A DNA stretch of 64,000 nucleotides from Histomonas meleagridis 2922-C6/04-290x. Its lineage: Eukaryota > Protista > Parabasalia. The stretch covers positions 176,044-240,043 of the forward strand of contig JAANOX010000075.1 in NCBI GenBank assembly GCA_020184695.1, read 5' to 3'. The position numbers were made by a program, and so were the translations under genes. Positions 50,477 through 62,569 of the stretch are shown here, piece after piece. Numbering within the stretch: position 1 is the stretch's first letter; every line of letters starts with the position of its first letter. The notes beneath the pieces were generated by a model, which saw nothing but the letters and a program-made list of their open reading frames with translations, was not told where the DNA came from and did not search any database.

Positions 50477-52945
50477 ATGTCTAATTTTAGACTTTCTCTT
50501 GATATTATTCCTCTTGACTATTCATTAAACCTCACACCTAATATCCGTGCAAAAACATTTGCAGCAGTTGAAATCATTACTTTTCAGCAAAATAAACCTA
50601 CTGAACATGCAGAATTATTTGCTCATAATTCGATCAAAATCAAGTCAATCGAACAAAATAATAAGCCATTAAAGTTTACACATGAAAATGGAAGATTAAC
50701 AATATATGGAAATTCTCTTGCTGAATCACCTGTTAAAATTGAATATGATGGAGCTCTCCAAACAAATTCAATGGGTTGGTATTATGTTAATGATGAATGT
50801 TGTAGCACTCAATTCGAAGCTACTCATGCTCGTGAATGCTTCCCATGTTTTGATGAACCAACCATCAAAAGTACTTTCCAAATCACCATTAACATTCCAA
50901 GTCACTTAATGGCACTAAGCAACATGCCAGTCAAATCAGTGTTTGCTCTTGAAAACAACATCAAATCTTACACATTTCATCAAACACCAAAAATGTGCAC
51001 TTATCTCCTTGCACTTGCTGTTGGCGATTTTGATGTTCTTACTGGATATACAAAACGTGGAATGCCTGTTGAGATATATGCAGTTAAAGGAAATTCTGAT
51101 CTTTTTGAATATCCACTTGCAGAAGCAATTCAAGATATTGATTGGTATGAAGACTTTATCGGAGTCAAGTTCCCTCTTCCAAAGCTTCAATGTCTTGCAG
51201 TCCCTGAATTTCAATTTGGAGCCATGGAAAATTATGGACTTTTAACATTCCGTGAGACAACACTTCTTGCAAAACCAGGTAAAACGCCAATCAGGAATTG
51301 CCGCATTGTCGCACTCGACGTTGCGCACGAGTTAGCGCACCAATGGTGCGGCGACTCAGTCTCACCCAAATTCTGGGACTCTGTTTGGTTGAACGAAGGC
51401 TTCGCAACAATCTTTCCTTATATTCTCTTTGAAGAGACACACCCAGAATGGGACTTTTGGTCCGACTTTATTTCAAGTGATCTAGTGAGCGCTCTTTCAA
51501 CAGATGCTTCATCTCATACACATCCAATTCATTGTAATGTGAAAAGTGAGGAAGAAATCGAATCCGTTTTTGACTCGATTTGTTACTCGAAAGCTGGTTG
51601 TGTAATTAGAATGTTAATGAAAAAAGTAGGAAATGAAGGAATGAGAAAAGTTTTAAGATCTTACTTCTCAGAATTTCAAAATAAGAATGCAGACACTGAT
51701 GACCTTTGTAATACTTTTACACGTGAACTTGGTTATGATCTTCGTCCATTTTTTGACGCTTGGACCAAAACCACGGGGTACCCCGTTGTAATTCTTGAGG
51801 ATGACCTCACATTGCATCAAATACAATATACTAACAAAGGCCTTATCGAAGGAAAGACATGGCCTATTCCATTAACTATCCTTCGTAGTAAGAATGGTGA
51901 AATTAGTGAGATCAACATTGAATTAAATGATAAACCAATCAAACTTGAAAGTGGTTATGATTGGATTAAAGTCAACACTGGTTATTACTCGTTCTGTCGC
52001 ACATGGCATAAAGGCCAAAATCTTACGAATCTTCTTGATGCAATCAAATCTAAGAAATTGCCACGCATCGATCGTTGGGCTATACTTAATGACCAAAGAG
52101 CACTTGCAAAGATTGGCGTTGTTTCATATGCGGACGTCATCAAACTCCTTGAGAACTATTCGACTGAAGAAGACTTTTTAGTTGCAAACGAAGTTGTTTC
52201 GACATTTTCATTGTTACTTTCCACGTTTGTAACCTGCAAACCAGAGCTCAAAGCACTTGGCCGCAAAGTTCTTTCACACATCTTAAATTCCATTGGAAGA
52301 GAGCCCAAAGACAATGAACCAGACACAACAAAACAACTTCGCACATCACTTTTAATCTTTTTAACATTCCAATGTGAAGACAGCGACTGCATAACATATG
52401 GGAAACAATTATATGAAAAGTTTAAAGAGGATTACACTCAATTGGATCCAAATTTACTTGCATATTCATTACGTTGTGGATGTTTACATGTTCCTGGTGC
52501 TATTGAATATGTAACTGAGCTTTCTAAGACTAATAACCCAATGTTAAAAGCTTGCGCTCTACAGTCGTTGGGTACTGTGCAAGAAAGTCGAATCCCTGAA
52601 ATACTCCAAATGATATTCAGAGTGAATTCACAGGACATTTTGACAATGTTCCGTTCGATCGCTAACGGTCCCAATAACACAACACAATTGTGGAACTTTT
52701 TGAAAGAGAATTATTCGAAGTTGTTTGAAATGTTTAAGAACGTTTCATTCAATTTGGCAGCTTTCATTCAAAGCGCGGCTGGAAAATTCAATACAATTGA
52801 ACAGGCTGAGGAGGTCGAGGAATTCTTCAAGAAAAACCCAACGCCAATCGCTGAAATGACAATAAGCCAAGTCGTGGAAAACATAAGGATTAAGGCAGAA
52901 GCAATGAAAAGAGATGAAGAAGCTGTAAAAAGCATTTTTAAGTAA
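50477..52945 (+). CDS. M1-family alanyl aminopeptidase (puromycin-sensitive type)
   Basis: STQFEATHARECFPCFDEP, GAMEN, HELAH-x18-E, YSKAG. Confidence 0.97.
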   Translation: MSNFRLSLDIIPLDYSLNLTPNIRAKTFAAVEIITFQQNKPTEHAELFAHNSIKIKSIEQNNKPLKFTHENGRLTIYGNSLAESPVKIEYDGALQTNSMGWYYVNDECCSTQFEATHARECFPCFDEPTIKSTFQITINIPSHLMALSNMPVKSVFALENNIKSYTFHQTPKMCTYLLALAVGDFDVLTGYTKRGMPVEIYAVKGNSDLFEYPLAEAIQDIDWYEDFIGVKFPLPKLQCLAVPEFQFGAMENYGLLTFRETTLLAKPGKTPIRNCRIVALDVAHELAHQWCGDSVSPKFWDSVWLNEGFATIFPYILFEETHPEWDFWSDFISSDLVSALSTDASSHTHPIHCNVKSEEEIESVFDSICYSKAGCVIRMLMKKVGNEGMRKVLRSYFSEFQNKNADTDDLCNTFTRELGYDLRPFFDAWTKTTGYPVVILEDDLTLHQIQYTNKGLIEGKTWPIPLTILRSKNGEISEINIELNDKPIKLESGYDWIKVNTGYYSFCRTWHKGQNLTNLLDAIKSKKLPRIDRWAILNDQRALAKIGVVSYADVIKLLENYSTEEDFLVANEVVSTFSLLLSTFVTCKPELKALGRKVLSHILNSIGREPKDNEPDTTKQLRTSLLIFLTFQCEDSDCITYGKQLYEKFKEDYTQLDPNLLAYSLRCGCLHVPGAIEYVTELSKTNNPMLKACALQSLGTVQESRIPEILQMIFRVNSQDILTMFRSIANGPNNTTQLWNFLKENYSKLFEMFKNVSFNLAAFIQSAAGKFNTIEQAEEVEEFFKKNPTPIAEMTISQVVENIRIKAEAMKRDEEAVKSIFK

Positions 52946-53202
52946 AAATGATTTGAAATTAATTTGCAGAAATTCATTACCAAATTCATGTCGCACTAAA
53001 TGTTGGAGAACAGCAATACAAATTCATTTTGATTTTACAAATCTGTTAAAGAGTTTTTATTAACGAAATATTTCACAGTTATTATATTTAAGTAATTACA
53101 TCACAATCTGTTTTATAAAAGCTGTTAATTATAATTTGTTTGTATATACATATTAACAACTTTGTAAAATAAAAACATGTGATGTATGAAGTATTAATTA
53201 AG

Positions 53203-55632
53203 TTACATTTGTTCTATAAATTTTTCTTCCTTGAAATCGTCTGCAAATGGATCTTCTTCAATGTTTGAAATAGAAATCCCTGTTGTGAATGTATTTGTAG
53301 TTTCATTTTCTTTTTGTTCTGAGGTATCATTTTCATTAATTTCTACTTTTTTGTTTCGAATACGGATTAATAATACAATAAGTAATGATATTATAATAAT
53401 AACTACAACAGTAACACAAACCGCAATAATTATTGTTATTTTATTGTCTTTAGTATGTGATTCATCCATGAAAAACATTGTATAGAAATCAGAATAATAA
53501 TTATAATATGTTGTATAAATAACTATAGTATAATTATAAAAAATAAATTCTGTTTCAATATAAATATTTGATGAATTATTTATAAGGAATGAAAATGATT
53601 TTGTTTGAGTTGTATAAACAGTTACTGAACATGAAATAGTTAATGATATTGTTAATGTATATGAAAAAGATAAAGTTATATCACTATTAAATATTGATTC
53701 AGTAAATGTGTTTGAATGTGTAAATGTATTTGTTTTAACAAATGAACTTGATTGTGAAAATATATTTGAATATGTAAATTTTGATTCAGTATATGTATTA
53801 GAATGTGTGAGTGTATTTGATTGTGTAAATATGAGTGTCAGCATTGGTGCACATCCTTCAATGGTTTCTATGCTAATGCCTAAATTTCCAAAAAATTTGT
53901 CTTTGTATTCGTTTAATACCATAACAAATATTGAAGCATTGATAAAGGCATTTGCCTCAATGCTTGGCTCTTGTGTTCCATAAAAATAAATACATTGTAA
54001 CTTTTGACAATATCCAAATGCATAACCTCCGATTTCTTTTACATTTTCACCAATTATAACATTTTCTAAATTGCTACAATTATAAAAAGCATAACCTCCA
54101 ATTGATGTAACTGAATTTGGAATTGTAATATTATATAACTTTGTACAAGATGCAAATGCAGAACCTCCGATTTCTTTTACATTTTCACCAATTATAACAT
54201 TTTCTAAATTGCTACAATTATAAAAAGCATAACCTCCAATTGATGTAACTGAATTTGGAATTGTAATATTATATAACTTTGTACAAGATGCAAATGCAGA
54301 ACCTCCGATTTCTTTTACACTTTCGCCAATTATAACATTTTCTAAATTGCCGCAATTATAAAAAGCAGAACTTCCTATTGATGAAACAAATTTGCCAATG
54401 CAAACATATTTTAGTAAAGGCCATTCACTAAATTCATCACCTGGAATCGAAAAATTTCCATTTACAAAAACATTAACTGTTGAATTATAATATGCGACTG
54501 TAAAATCATTTTCATTAAATATCAAAAGTGTATTGTTTTCATTGATATATATTTGAAATGTGTTGGTAAAAAATAATATAAAAAGGAATATACAAGAATT
54601 TGTTTTAGCTCGTTTTAGTTTCAAATAATATTTTGTGAAAAATAAAATCAAAGCAATAAAGAATATTATAACAAAACATTTAATCAAATTCAAAATAAGA
54701 TGAAAGATTTTTGAACTTATAATATTACAAATGGAGATTTTAAGACACTTTAAAGCAAATTTAGAATACAAGTCTCCAAATTTAATTGAAAAAATATTGA
54801 TGCTAACATTTTTTATTCGTAATTTAGAATTAACTGTTAACATATATAAGAAAGAACCTTTTGTAAATGGATAGTATTGAGTGAGGAAAGAATGTAATAA
54901 ATTTGGATTGTTTTTTGCAATTAAAATATATTTTGGATTGAGTTCATTTGGCACAGAAATCAAAAGTGACCATTTTTCTTTATTAAATTTTTGAATTGAA
55001 TTGAAGAGTTCTAAAATACCGATAAGTTCGGTTTGTTTGTTTTTTGTTGTTGTCACTTCACCAGCTGTAAAGTTTTTCTGTGGTTGAATTGTGTTTTGAT
55101 GTGAAAATTTGACAGAAACTGATATTTGCATTGAAAAAATTGAAATAAAAGAAAGTAACGCATTGAATTTTGTTTGGTTTTCTTGTGCAAAACAATCATT
55201 GAGTAAAAAATGCATGAAATCAGCATAAAACAATGCTGAATCATTAGGGCTATTAATAGCTATCTGAGCGAGTGCACTTTTTCCAGTAAGAGTCTTGGAA
55301 TTTAAGATATCTATATGTAAATATGTTGAAATAAAAATTGGCTTGAGATGAAAATCAAAATGCCACAACGACATGCGTTGACTTAAAGCGAATGTTTTTG
55401 GAGAAAAATGGTTTTGAAATTGTGTTTGTTGAAATTTGGTTACATCAATGTTCATCTTGTTAAATTCCAAAGTTGATATCTCTGATTTATGTGTTATATA
55501 ATATGGGATCTTAGTGTTATTTTTATGTATTTTAAATATGACTTTTGGATGAAAAAATGATGATTTATGGTTTATATTGTTCATAATTATGTTGATAGAA
55601 ACCAAAATGATTAGGAAACATGGTTTTCGCAT
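53203..55632 (-). CDS. BspA-like LRR surface protein with long N-terminal module
   Basis: IGESVKEIGGSAFASC / IPNSVTSIGGYAFYNC repeats, S/T stalk, TM segment, tail EEDPFADDFKEEKF. Confidence 0.88.
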   Translation of the reverse strand: MRKPCFLIILVSINIIMNNINHKSSFFHPKVIFKIHKNNTKIPYYITHKSEISTLEFNKMNIDVTKFQQTQFQNHFSPKTFALSQRMSLWHFDFHLKPIFISTYLHIDILNSKTLTGKSALAQIAINSPNDSALFYADFMHFLLNDCFAQENQTKFNALLSFISIFSMQISVSVKFSHQNTIQPQKNFTAGEVTTTKNKQTELIGILELFNSIQKFNKEKWSLLISVPNELNPKYILIAKNNPNLLHSFLTQYYPFTKGSFLYMLTVNSKLRIKNVSINIFSIKFGDLYSKFALKCLKISICNIISSKIFHLILNLIKCFVIIFFIALILFFTKYYLKLKRAKTNSCIFLFILFFTNTFQIYINENNTLLIFNENDFTVAYYNSTVNVFVNGNFSIPGDEFSEWPLLKYVCIGKFVSSIGSSAFYNCGNLENVIIGESVKEIGGSAFASCTKLYNITIPNSVTSIGGYAFYNCSNLENVIIGENVKEIGGSAFASCTKLYNITIPNSVTSIGGYAFYNCSNLENVIIGENVKEIGGYAFGYCQKLQCIYFYGTQEPSIEANAFINASIFVMVLNEYKDKFFGNLGISIETIEGCAPMLTLIFTQSNTLTHSNTYTESKFTYSNIFSQSSSFVKTNTFTHSNTFTESIFNSDITLSFSYTLTISLTISCSVTVYTTQTKSFSFLINNSSNIYIETEFIFYNYTIVIYTTYYNYYSDFYTMFFMDESHTKDNKITIIIAVCVTVVVIIIISLLIVLLIRIRNKKVEINENDTSEQKENETTNTFTTGISISNIEEDPFADDFKEEKFIEQM

Positions 55633-57081
55633 GTTTTAACCTGAAGTTTTGCTGAAGGCCAGCGCCAAATGTCCATCGGTTCACTCAAAAGTTAAAATTT
55701 CACGGTTTAAAATTGTTTCATACTTTGCTTTATTTAAGTTTTCTAATTCATGCTAAAATATCATTCTAAATAGTTATGCATATTTAAAGAAGATATTATT
55801 AAAATACGTGAGGACACTTTTAAAATAACTCAATGAACATCACCATTAAACATTTATATTTATATAAAATATTAATTAAAATTGAAATTTGAATGGATGT
55901 TTGTTCGATTTCGGCTTTAAAATTTCATTTATTGTTTGATTCTATTATAAATTGTAAAGATAATTAAGTTGACCTTTTCTTCATCTCTTGGTTATACCTT
56001 ATTTTGCAAAAAATATTTATTTATCAATTAGTGAATGGATAATATTTCAAGTATTAATGAATTAACCAATTAAATAAATGTATTTGTTTTTTAATGTGTC
56101 TGTAAAGTAACATTAGTTTATATATAATATTTTGGTTTTAGGAACATATTGTTACAATAAAAAATCATTTCAAATAAATAAACATATTTGTTTTTAATAT
56201 TATATTTGAAATAGTGAAATGTGTTAATAAATACAAATAATATTAAAATTGTTAACCGCGCAATCATTTCCTCCACTTTAATGAAAATACACATTTAAAA
56301 AAGAATGAAGAACTTGTTTTGAATTTTGTTTTATGGCACTAAAAAAAATTCAACAGTATATTTATATGCAATTATTATCCTTAAAGAAATAGGATTCTTT
56401 TAAAGATTGTTGTTGAGCTTTGTATCTTCGAAAATAGCTTAACGTGGTATTTTTATCATTGATAACGTTTACCAAATTTCTTTACCATAAAGTGCTTGTT
56501 TAAAAAAAGCAAGTCAAAAATTTTTAATGTGAAACAGCAATTTCGTTGAATTAGACATGTAAAAATTTTTCATTTAGAAAACGAACTTTCTTTTTCTTCA
56601 TCACTGTGATTGCTTTTAAAGTTAACTTATACGCATTCTTAGTAGATGTTAATTGATCCAGAAAGATCAAATTTCATATTTTTCTTGTGTACAGTTATAA
56701 ACCCAAAGTCAAAAACAACAATTCACTCTCTTGTTTTCGATATGTTTTTGATATACAGTGGCATAAGAACTGTGGAAATCGGTTTCGGTACAACATCAAT
56801 TGAATAAAACTGAAAACAGATATCAACATCATAAATTACTTTAAGGAATTTTAAAACTTGTTATATATTCTTAGCATTTTGTGTTATAATAAATATTTTT
56901 TATACTTTATAATACAAAATTTAAGTTAAAAAGATTTACTGAACTACAACACCATGTAAAAGCTGAATAAAAAAAAAACGATAATTTTTCATGGCAAAGG
57001 TGTCATCATTGGTGAGTAATTCTTTGCTAGTTTAGTTCTTAAATTTTAAATTTTGGAATTGAGCCTCGTAGGTATTATAAA

Positions 57082-57396
57082 TCACAAAAAAATCATAGGC
57101 CAATAGTATCCTGGACATTCAGTATATATTTTGTAGGCCAAATACAATGTATAAGAACCCGAAGAAAGGGTAAGAAGTCCAAAAACAAAGAACGCCCACC
57201 TCCCGTTTGTACCTAATTTTCCATCAGGGTCGACAATAGTTAATATGAACAATGAGAAACAAATGAAACCAATTAAACAAATTAAAATTGCGATGATAAT
57301 AGATTTAACTGCTTGGCCTGGAATTTTCTGTCTAATTTTCTTTTCTTTAGGTGGAATTAATCGTTCAAGGTCATCATTTCTTCTTCTACGAAGCAT
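57082..57396 (-). CDS. Small two-TM protein (TMEM230/DUF872-like)
   Basis: Two hydrophobic helices, ending LSSGSYTLYLAYKIYTECPGYYW. Confidence 0.6.
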   Translation of the reverse strand: MLRRRRNDDLERLIPPKEKKIRQKIPGQAVKSIIIAILICLIGFICFSLFILTIVDPDGKLGTNGRWAFFVFGLLTLSSGSYTLYLAYKIYTECPGYYWPMIFL

Positions 57397-58004
57397 GTTT
57401 TATAACCACTTTTATATAAGCATTTGAAATTATGACCGAAGCCATGAATGGGTTCCAATTGGTCTGTGCTTGAGAATGAATTTCATGAATTAATGAGTTA
57501 ACACTTTAGAAAAATTAGGGAAACAAAGTATAACCATCACTTTAAAAATGTATTCTTGCATTTTTTATTCATGATAAATTAGATAACATTCAGTCAAATT
57601 GACATATAAATTAATAAATTAAAACACTAGTTTTGTTGGGAAGAACAGGTTTTAAGCCTATTTCTTTATATGTAAAAAACAATTAAATAACATTGAATTC
57701 GAAAGAAGTATAGTTTAATATCAGAAATTTTGAAACTGAAAGAAAATGAGTCAAAACTGGTGTATTGAAAAGATAAAATTAATTATTATAGAAGAACACA
57801 TTCAATTCTATTTAAAATCAAAGAAACATGGAAATTTTGTATTTTCCCACTATATATATCTGCTTTTAGTTATAAAAATATAATGCTTTATGCAGAACCG
57901 AACTGGAAAGCATAAATTATTAAATTATCAAATTATCAAATAGAAAACATATTTTTGAATTTGGCTATTTTGGAAAATGATTTCGAGATAAATAACGAAA
58001 ATTT

Positions 58005-58529
58005 TCATTTGTTCTTTATTTGAATAACTTTAACTTCAGATTGCCAGTTTGTTAATTTTTTAAGATCAGCTGAAATGGATTGTACCTCCTCTTCCTCACA
58101 TGGAGCTGTCCATATTCCGATCTTGTAGTTTTGAGCACGAACGCTAAATTCAATTCCATTAACGAGTTTTGATTGTGTTAAAGTTTCACCAAGGCATGCA
58201 AGGATCACGTCAATCCACCTTTCAGTAACATTAGCTTTCTTAGAACCTGAAATTTGATGTTCAATTGAGATTTCATATCCATTAATATTAGAACGATCCT
58301 CCCAAAGTGGTAAAACACCTTTCTTAAACACATAGTACCTACATCCCTTTGGGAGCTTATGAGCTGGTTCAATTGCGTTTAATGTTGACCATATATCTTC
58401 AACAGATTCTATAGAGCAAAGAGAATGCAAAAAATCACGCCAATTAGCATCTATATTAGTTGACCGGTCAGGAATTATATACCAAAAGTTCCAAGGTCTA
58501 AAGAGCTTTGTCTCGTTTGTACTCTCCAT
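58005..58529 (-). CDS. EIF4E: eIF4E-family cap-binding protein
   Basis: RPWNFWY, IESVEDIWS, YYVFKKGVLPLWED, KIGIWT. ATG at 58529; the longer track ORF overlaps the helicase start. Confidence 0.85.
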   Translation of the reverse strand: MESTNETKLFRPWNFWYIIPDRSTNIDANWRDFLHSLCSIESVEDIWSTLNAIEPAHKLPKGCRYYVFKKGVLPLWEDRSNINGYEISIEHQISGSKKANVTERWIDVILACLGETLTQSKLVNGIEFSVRAQNYKIGIWTAPCEEEEVQSISADLKKLTNWQSEVKVIQIKNK

Positions 58530-58604
58530 TTTGCCTGGTTTTGGTGCGCCCCACCGATAGAATTTTTTTATTTCAAATAAACGGTCACTATCAATGCTGT
58601 TTGA

Positions 58605-61085
58605 ATGAGGAGGAAGGGAAGCCGGTTCCCTTGGCTCAAGAACAAAGAACCAGAAGAGATCAAAGATTTCCCACCAGTTGAAAATAATCGACCTGCTGAT
58701 GCCACATATCCTCCAATTGACACTACAACATCTCAAACTTTTATTTATATCAGTAATTTTAGTCGTAGAGATTATCAATTTGAAATAGCACTAACAGCAG
58801 TTACAGCTAACACATTGGTGATTATACCAACGTCACTTGGGAAAACATTTATTGCAGCACTTTTAATTTTTAATTATTATCGATGGTTTCCGACCGGCAA
58901 AATCATTTTTATAGCACCAACACGTCCATTAGTCTCACAACAAATGAAAAGCGTACAAGAAACAACACAAATAGTTCAAAGTGATATTGCCGAAATTACG
59001 GGAGCGATTTTACCTGAGACAAGGGCATCAAAATGGAAATCAGCACGAGTTTTTTTTGCAACTGCACAAACAGTTCAAAAAGATATTGAAAAAGGGATAT
59101 GTCCAACGACTCAAATTGTGTTATTGGTTGTCGACGAAGCACACAGAGCCAGTGGAAACCATTCCTATTGCGTTGTGGTTCGTCAAATTGCATCAGTCAC
59201 CAAATTTTTCCGCGTTGTAGCACTGACTGCTACACCTGGATCAACATTTAGTGATGTCCAGCAAGTTATTTACAATCTTCTTATACATAAAATCGAAATC
59301 AGAGATGATAATGATTGTGCGCAATATATTCATTCCAAAGATATTCAAAGCGAAATTGTTCCTAACGCTGAAGGTACTGAAGAATTATTAGCAAGACTTA
59401 ATTCAATTCTTCAGTTTTATTTAATTGAATTAAGAAAGTTTTCTTTAGTTTCTCATGTGGACCCTTTAAGAACTACAAAAGGTTCGATTACGAAGTTGTT
59501 AGCTTCTCCTTTACCTGATAAATCTTCTTATCCAATAACTCAAGCAATTCGAATTTTAAATTTAAGAGAAAAATTGGAAGGGTATTCAATTCCACTTTTT
59601 GTGAGAGAATTAACGGATTTACTCAGAACAGAGAACGTTAACGGCGATGAACAATTTGATGAGTTAAGAAAATTACTTGAAACAGCTAAGAGACTTCCAC
59701 AAGTAGATAATAAGATGGAGAAACTTACTGAAATCGTTGTTAATTTTCTTCAATCTTCAGTTAGTTCAAAAATTATCATTTTTTGTAATTATCGAAAAAT
59801 CGTATCTGAAATTGTGCAAAAACTTAGTGCTTCATCGAACATTGTTAAGTGTACAGAGTTCATAGGCCAATCTTCTAAGTCTGATATGAGAGGTCAAAAT
59901 CAATCCAAACAATTAAAAGTCATGGATGCATTTAAACGCGGTATATATAATACACTTGTATCAACATCCATAGGAGAAGAAGGACTTGATATAGGTGAAG
60001 TCGATCTTATCATATGTTATGATGCGCAAAAATCACCTGTTCGTACTATACAACGTATGGGACGTACTGGGAGACATCAGGATGGCCATGTAATCTTTCT
60101 TTTAACAGAATCTACTCAAAATCTTCTTCATAATGCTGAAAATGCACAAAACACAATTAGTAGTCTTATCACACGACGTCGCAAGGACTTTGTTTTTTAT
60201 CAAAGCCCGCCCATGAACACAAGTAAATTCGAAGTCATTTTCAAGCAGATGCAAATTCGAGATTTTATACATCAAACATCAACAAAAGAAATCAAACGCG
60301 CGACACTTTTAACCTCCGAAATTGAAGAGCTTCATGAACGTCACGGCGAACGTTTATTCTATCCTATGTTATCACTTGACAAATATTTATACATTCAGTC
60401 ATCATTACGGAATTGTAATTACACAGCATCATCTGAAAGTGAGATATTGTCAAAACTCTTAAACATAAATGCTGAATCTGATTTACATTTAAGTGAACAA
60501 CTTAAACATCATTCAGCTACATCAATACCAACGACATTCTCATTCGAATTAGATGAAAGTATCAAATCAAATCCTTCGACGTCTTCAATTGATTCACTTT
60601 CAATTCCATCACTTATCCCACTGAGTAGCGAAGATGAAATCCCAAGTGTTAAAAGTTACAACGATAACACCAAACAAATATCAAACATACAAAAGATAGT
60701 GAATGCGTTAATTTTGGAATCAACTTCTTCGCAGACAGAAGATGAAACACTTGGAGGTTTTCTTGTGCATTCAAGTGACATAACACCACCGAAAACTATG
60801 AAAAAGAAATTCGAAGAAATCATTGATGAAATAAGCGAAACAGAAAGTTCCACTTCGGAATTATCATCCAAAAAAGAGGATAACGGTAACAAAGAAAATG
60901 TCGAAAATATCGAAAATAAGTTTTTGGACTCCGAAAGTACCGACTTCTTGTTCGGAGATACGAGCGACGTGATTAAAGAAACGCAAAAAGTCCATTGCGA
61001 AGAAGAAAAAGAACTAAAATTCGAATTCTCTGAGTCTTCGTCTTTTGTTTCGGAATCTTCTGATGTAATTGAGGAATTAATTTAA
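58605..61085 (+). CDS. FANCM: FANCM/Mph1-like SF2 helicase
   Basis: RDYQ, IPTSLGKT, APTRPLVSQQ, DEAH, LTATPG, STSIGEEGLDIGEVD, QRMGRTGR. Confidence 0.93.
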   Translation: MRRKGSRFPWLKNKEPEEIKDFPPVENNRPADATYPPIDTTTSQTFIYISNFSRRDYQFEIALTAVTANTLVIIPTSLGKTFIAALLIFNYYRWFPTGKIIFIAPTRPLVSQQMKSVQETTQIVQSDIAEITGAILPETRASKWKSARVFFATAQTVQKDIEKGICPTTQIVLLVVDEAHRASGNHSYCVVVRQIASVTKFFRVVALTATPGSTFSDVQQVIYNLLIHKIEIRDDNDCAQYIHSKDIQSEIVPNAEGTEELLARLNSILQFYLIELRKFSLVSHVDPLRTTKGSITKLLASPLPDKSSYPITQAIRILNLREKLEGYSIPLFVRELTDLLRTENVNGDEQFDELRKLLETAKRLPQVDNKMEKLTEIVVNFLQSSVSSKIIIFCNYRKIVSEIVQKLSASSNIVKCTEFIGQSSKSDMRGQNQSKQLKVMDAFKRGIYNTLVSTSIGEEGLDIGEVDLIICYDAQKSPVRTIQRMGRTGRHQDGHVIFLLTESTQNLLHNAENAQNTISSLITRRRKDFVFYQSPPMNTSKFEVIFKQMQIRDFIHQTSTKEIKRATLLTSEIEELHERHGERLFYPMLSLDKYLYIQSSLRNCNYTASSESEILSKLLNINAESDLHLSEQLKHHSATSIPTTFSFELDESIKSNPSTSSIDSLSIPSLIPLSSEDEIPSVKSYNDNTKQISNIQKIVNALILESTSSQTEDETLGGFLVHSSDITPPKTMKKKFEEIIDEISETESSTSELSSKKEDNGNKENVENIENKFLDSESTDFLFGDTSDVIKETQKVHCEEEKELKFEFSESSSFVSESSDVIEELI

Positions 61086-61758
61086 TTTTTGTTTGATTTT
61101 AGTAAAATTTTTTATGGATATTTTCAAAACGGTTTTAAAACTGACAGATTCACGAGACATGTGATATAGTGGTAAACGCTCCGGCATTGATTTGGGCAAA
61201 AAACATATCCAATTGGTGCAACCTTAAAGTATCGTACCAACTTTTTGAACATAAGCGACCAAACAAGGCTACAAAAATTATTGTCATTCAATTTTTTTGG
61301 TCCGAGTGGATTTCAAAAAATCGCCACATAATTTAATAGAAATTTTCATGCCAAATATTTAGTCTCAAAAAATAGATGCAACTATAGTCAAATCAGCGCC
61401 AAACACTCTTGTTAAACACATTTTCACATTTTTTAACAATGCAAAAGGTCCGCCCACAACTCTCTAATTGATGTCATAACTTGTATCAAACGAATTTTTC
61501 ATTTCTTACATATTGTTTGAACACGAAATATCAAAGTGAATCATCATAACTTAATTGTTTGAAAAGCTTTTTGCCAAAGAAAAAATAACACCTTTTTAGT
61601 TTGATTGAAATCAAATCGAAATTTGATACTGACCAAAATTACACAAGAAATGATAACAAATTTTTAAACAACTCCATAATGTAAATGAATTTAAAGAATG
61701 CGTTTCACCATGATTTGACAACTCAAATTTCATCAAAAACAACAAACCGAAAATCAAA

Positions 61759-62349
61759 ATGCAGTTAATTTTTAACCCAAATTTGAAATTGGGGCACCCC
61801 GTACATATGATAAAAGAAGAAACAGATCCAGCAACATTATATTTTACACATCTAAAAGTGGAGGAACAGGTAAAAAAAGTAGAGGCAAAAATGATTAGTA
61901 TACGGAAAGATTCAATGATACCAAATCAAATCAAGACTTTGGAAATAATGAGATTGCTTGAAGTACATAATACTCTTGAAATAGAATCGATCAGACAACA
62001 AGAGGAATATATGAAGTGCTTTCTGGAATCTTTAAAACTAGAAGAAATCGGTGCACGTCCAATGACAGAAGGAAGATTAAAATGCCACATAGCTCCTACA
62101 TTGGCTAAAAAACTAAAACCACGTGCAATCAGCTACGGATTTTGTGATACATATTCTGATAAACCACCAGAAGAAAAACAACGAGCATTATCAGCAACAG
62201 TTTCACAATCATTCATGCAAAGTTCAGGAATTTTAGTGCAAAGGAAGGTAGAAATAAACAGAGAGCTAGCTATGATGTCACAGAAGGCTAAATTAACAGA
62301 AGATGAAGAAAAGCATCGGAAGGAATTAGCAGATGAACTCGCCAAATAA
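61759..62349 (+). CDS. Hypothetical coiled-coil protein
   Basis: 196-aa ATG-initiated ORF. Confidence 0.6.
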   Translation: MQLIFNPNLKLGHPVHMIKEETDPATLYFTHLKVEEQVKKVEAKMISIRKDSMIPNQIKTLEIMRLLEVHNTLEIESIRQQEEYMKCFLESLKLEEIGARPMTEGRLKCHIAPTLAKKLKPRAISYGFCDTYSDKPPEEKQRALSATVSQSFMQSSGILVQRKVEINRELAMMSQKAKLTEDEEKHRKELADELAK

Positions 62350-62492
62350 CTAGTTAAAGTGTATTATTTTGAAATTAATAAATATATTTCAATCACAATT
62401 TATCATTTTGATACTTTTTAAAAACTTTTTCTGATTCAATCTTTATTGTTTTTATATAATTCATACAAAATTATTACCTTTGTATTCAGTTC

Positions 62493-62566
62493 TCTCCCCG
62501 TAGTGTAAATGGTTAGCAATATTGACTTTGAGTCCCGGGACGGAGGTTCGATTCCTCCCGGGAGAA
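62493..62566 (+). tRNA. trnQ-UUG: tRNA-Gln(UUG), structurally degenerate
   Basis: A-box TAGTGTAAATGG, loop CTTTGAG (TTG at 62528-62530), perfect T-arm GGAGG-TTCGATT-CCTCC, acceptor 3' strand CGGGAGA+A, T6 terminator just downstream. The anticodon stem pairs only 2 of 5 and the acceptor has one extra C. Confidence 0.7.
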
Positions 62567-62569
62567 CTA

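Noticed and set aside
56400-56940. Possible degenerate ORF on the minus strand
   Set aside because: Multiple stops and no identifiable family; only a 12-nt match to a BspA N-terminal region.
58530-58778. N-terminal extension of the eIF4E ORF in the track
   Set aside because: It is antisense to the FANCM 5' end and has no eIF4E character; the ATG at 58529 is preferred.
61155-61230. tRNA-like A-box (TATAGTGGTAA)
   Set aside because: No B-box, T-arm or acceptor pairing follows.
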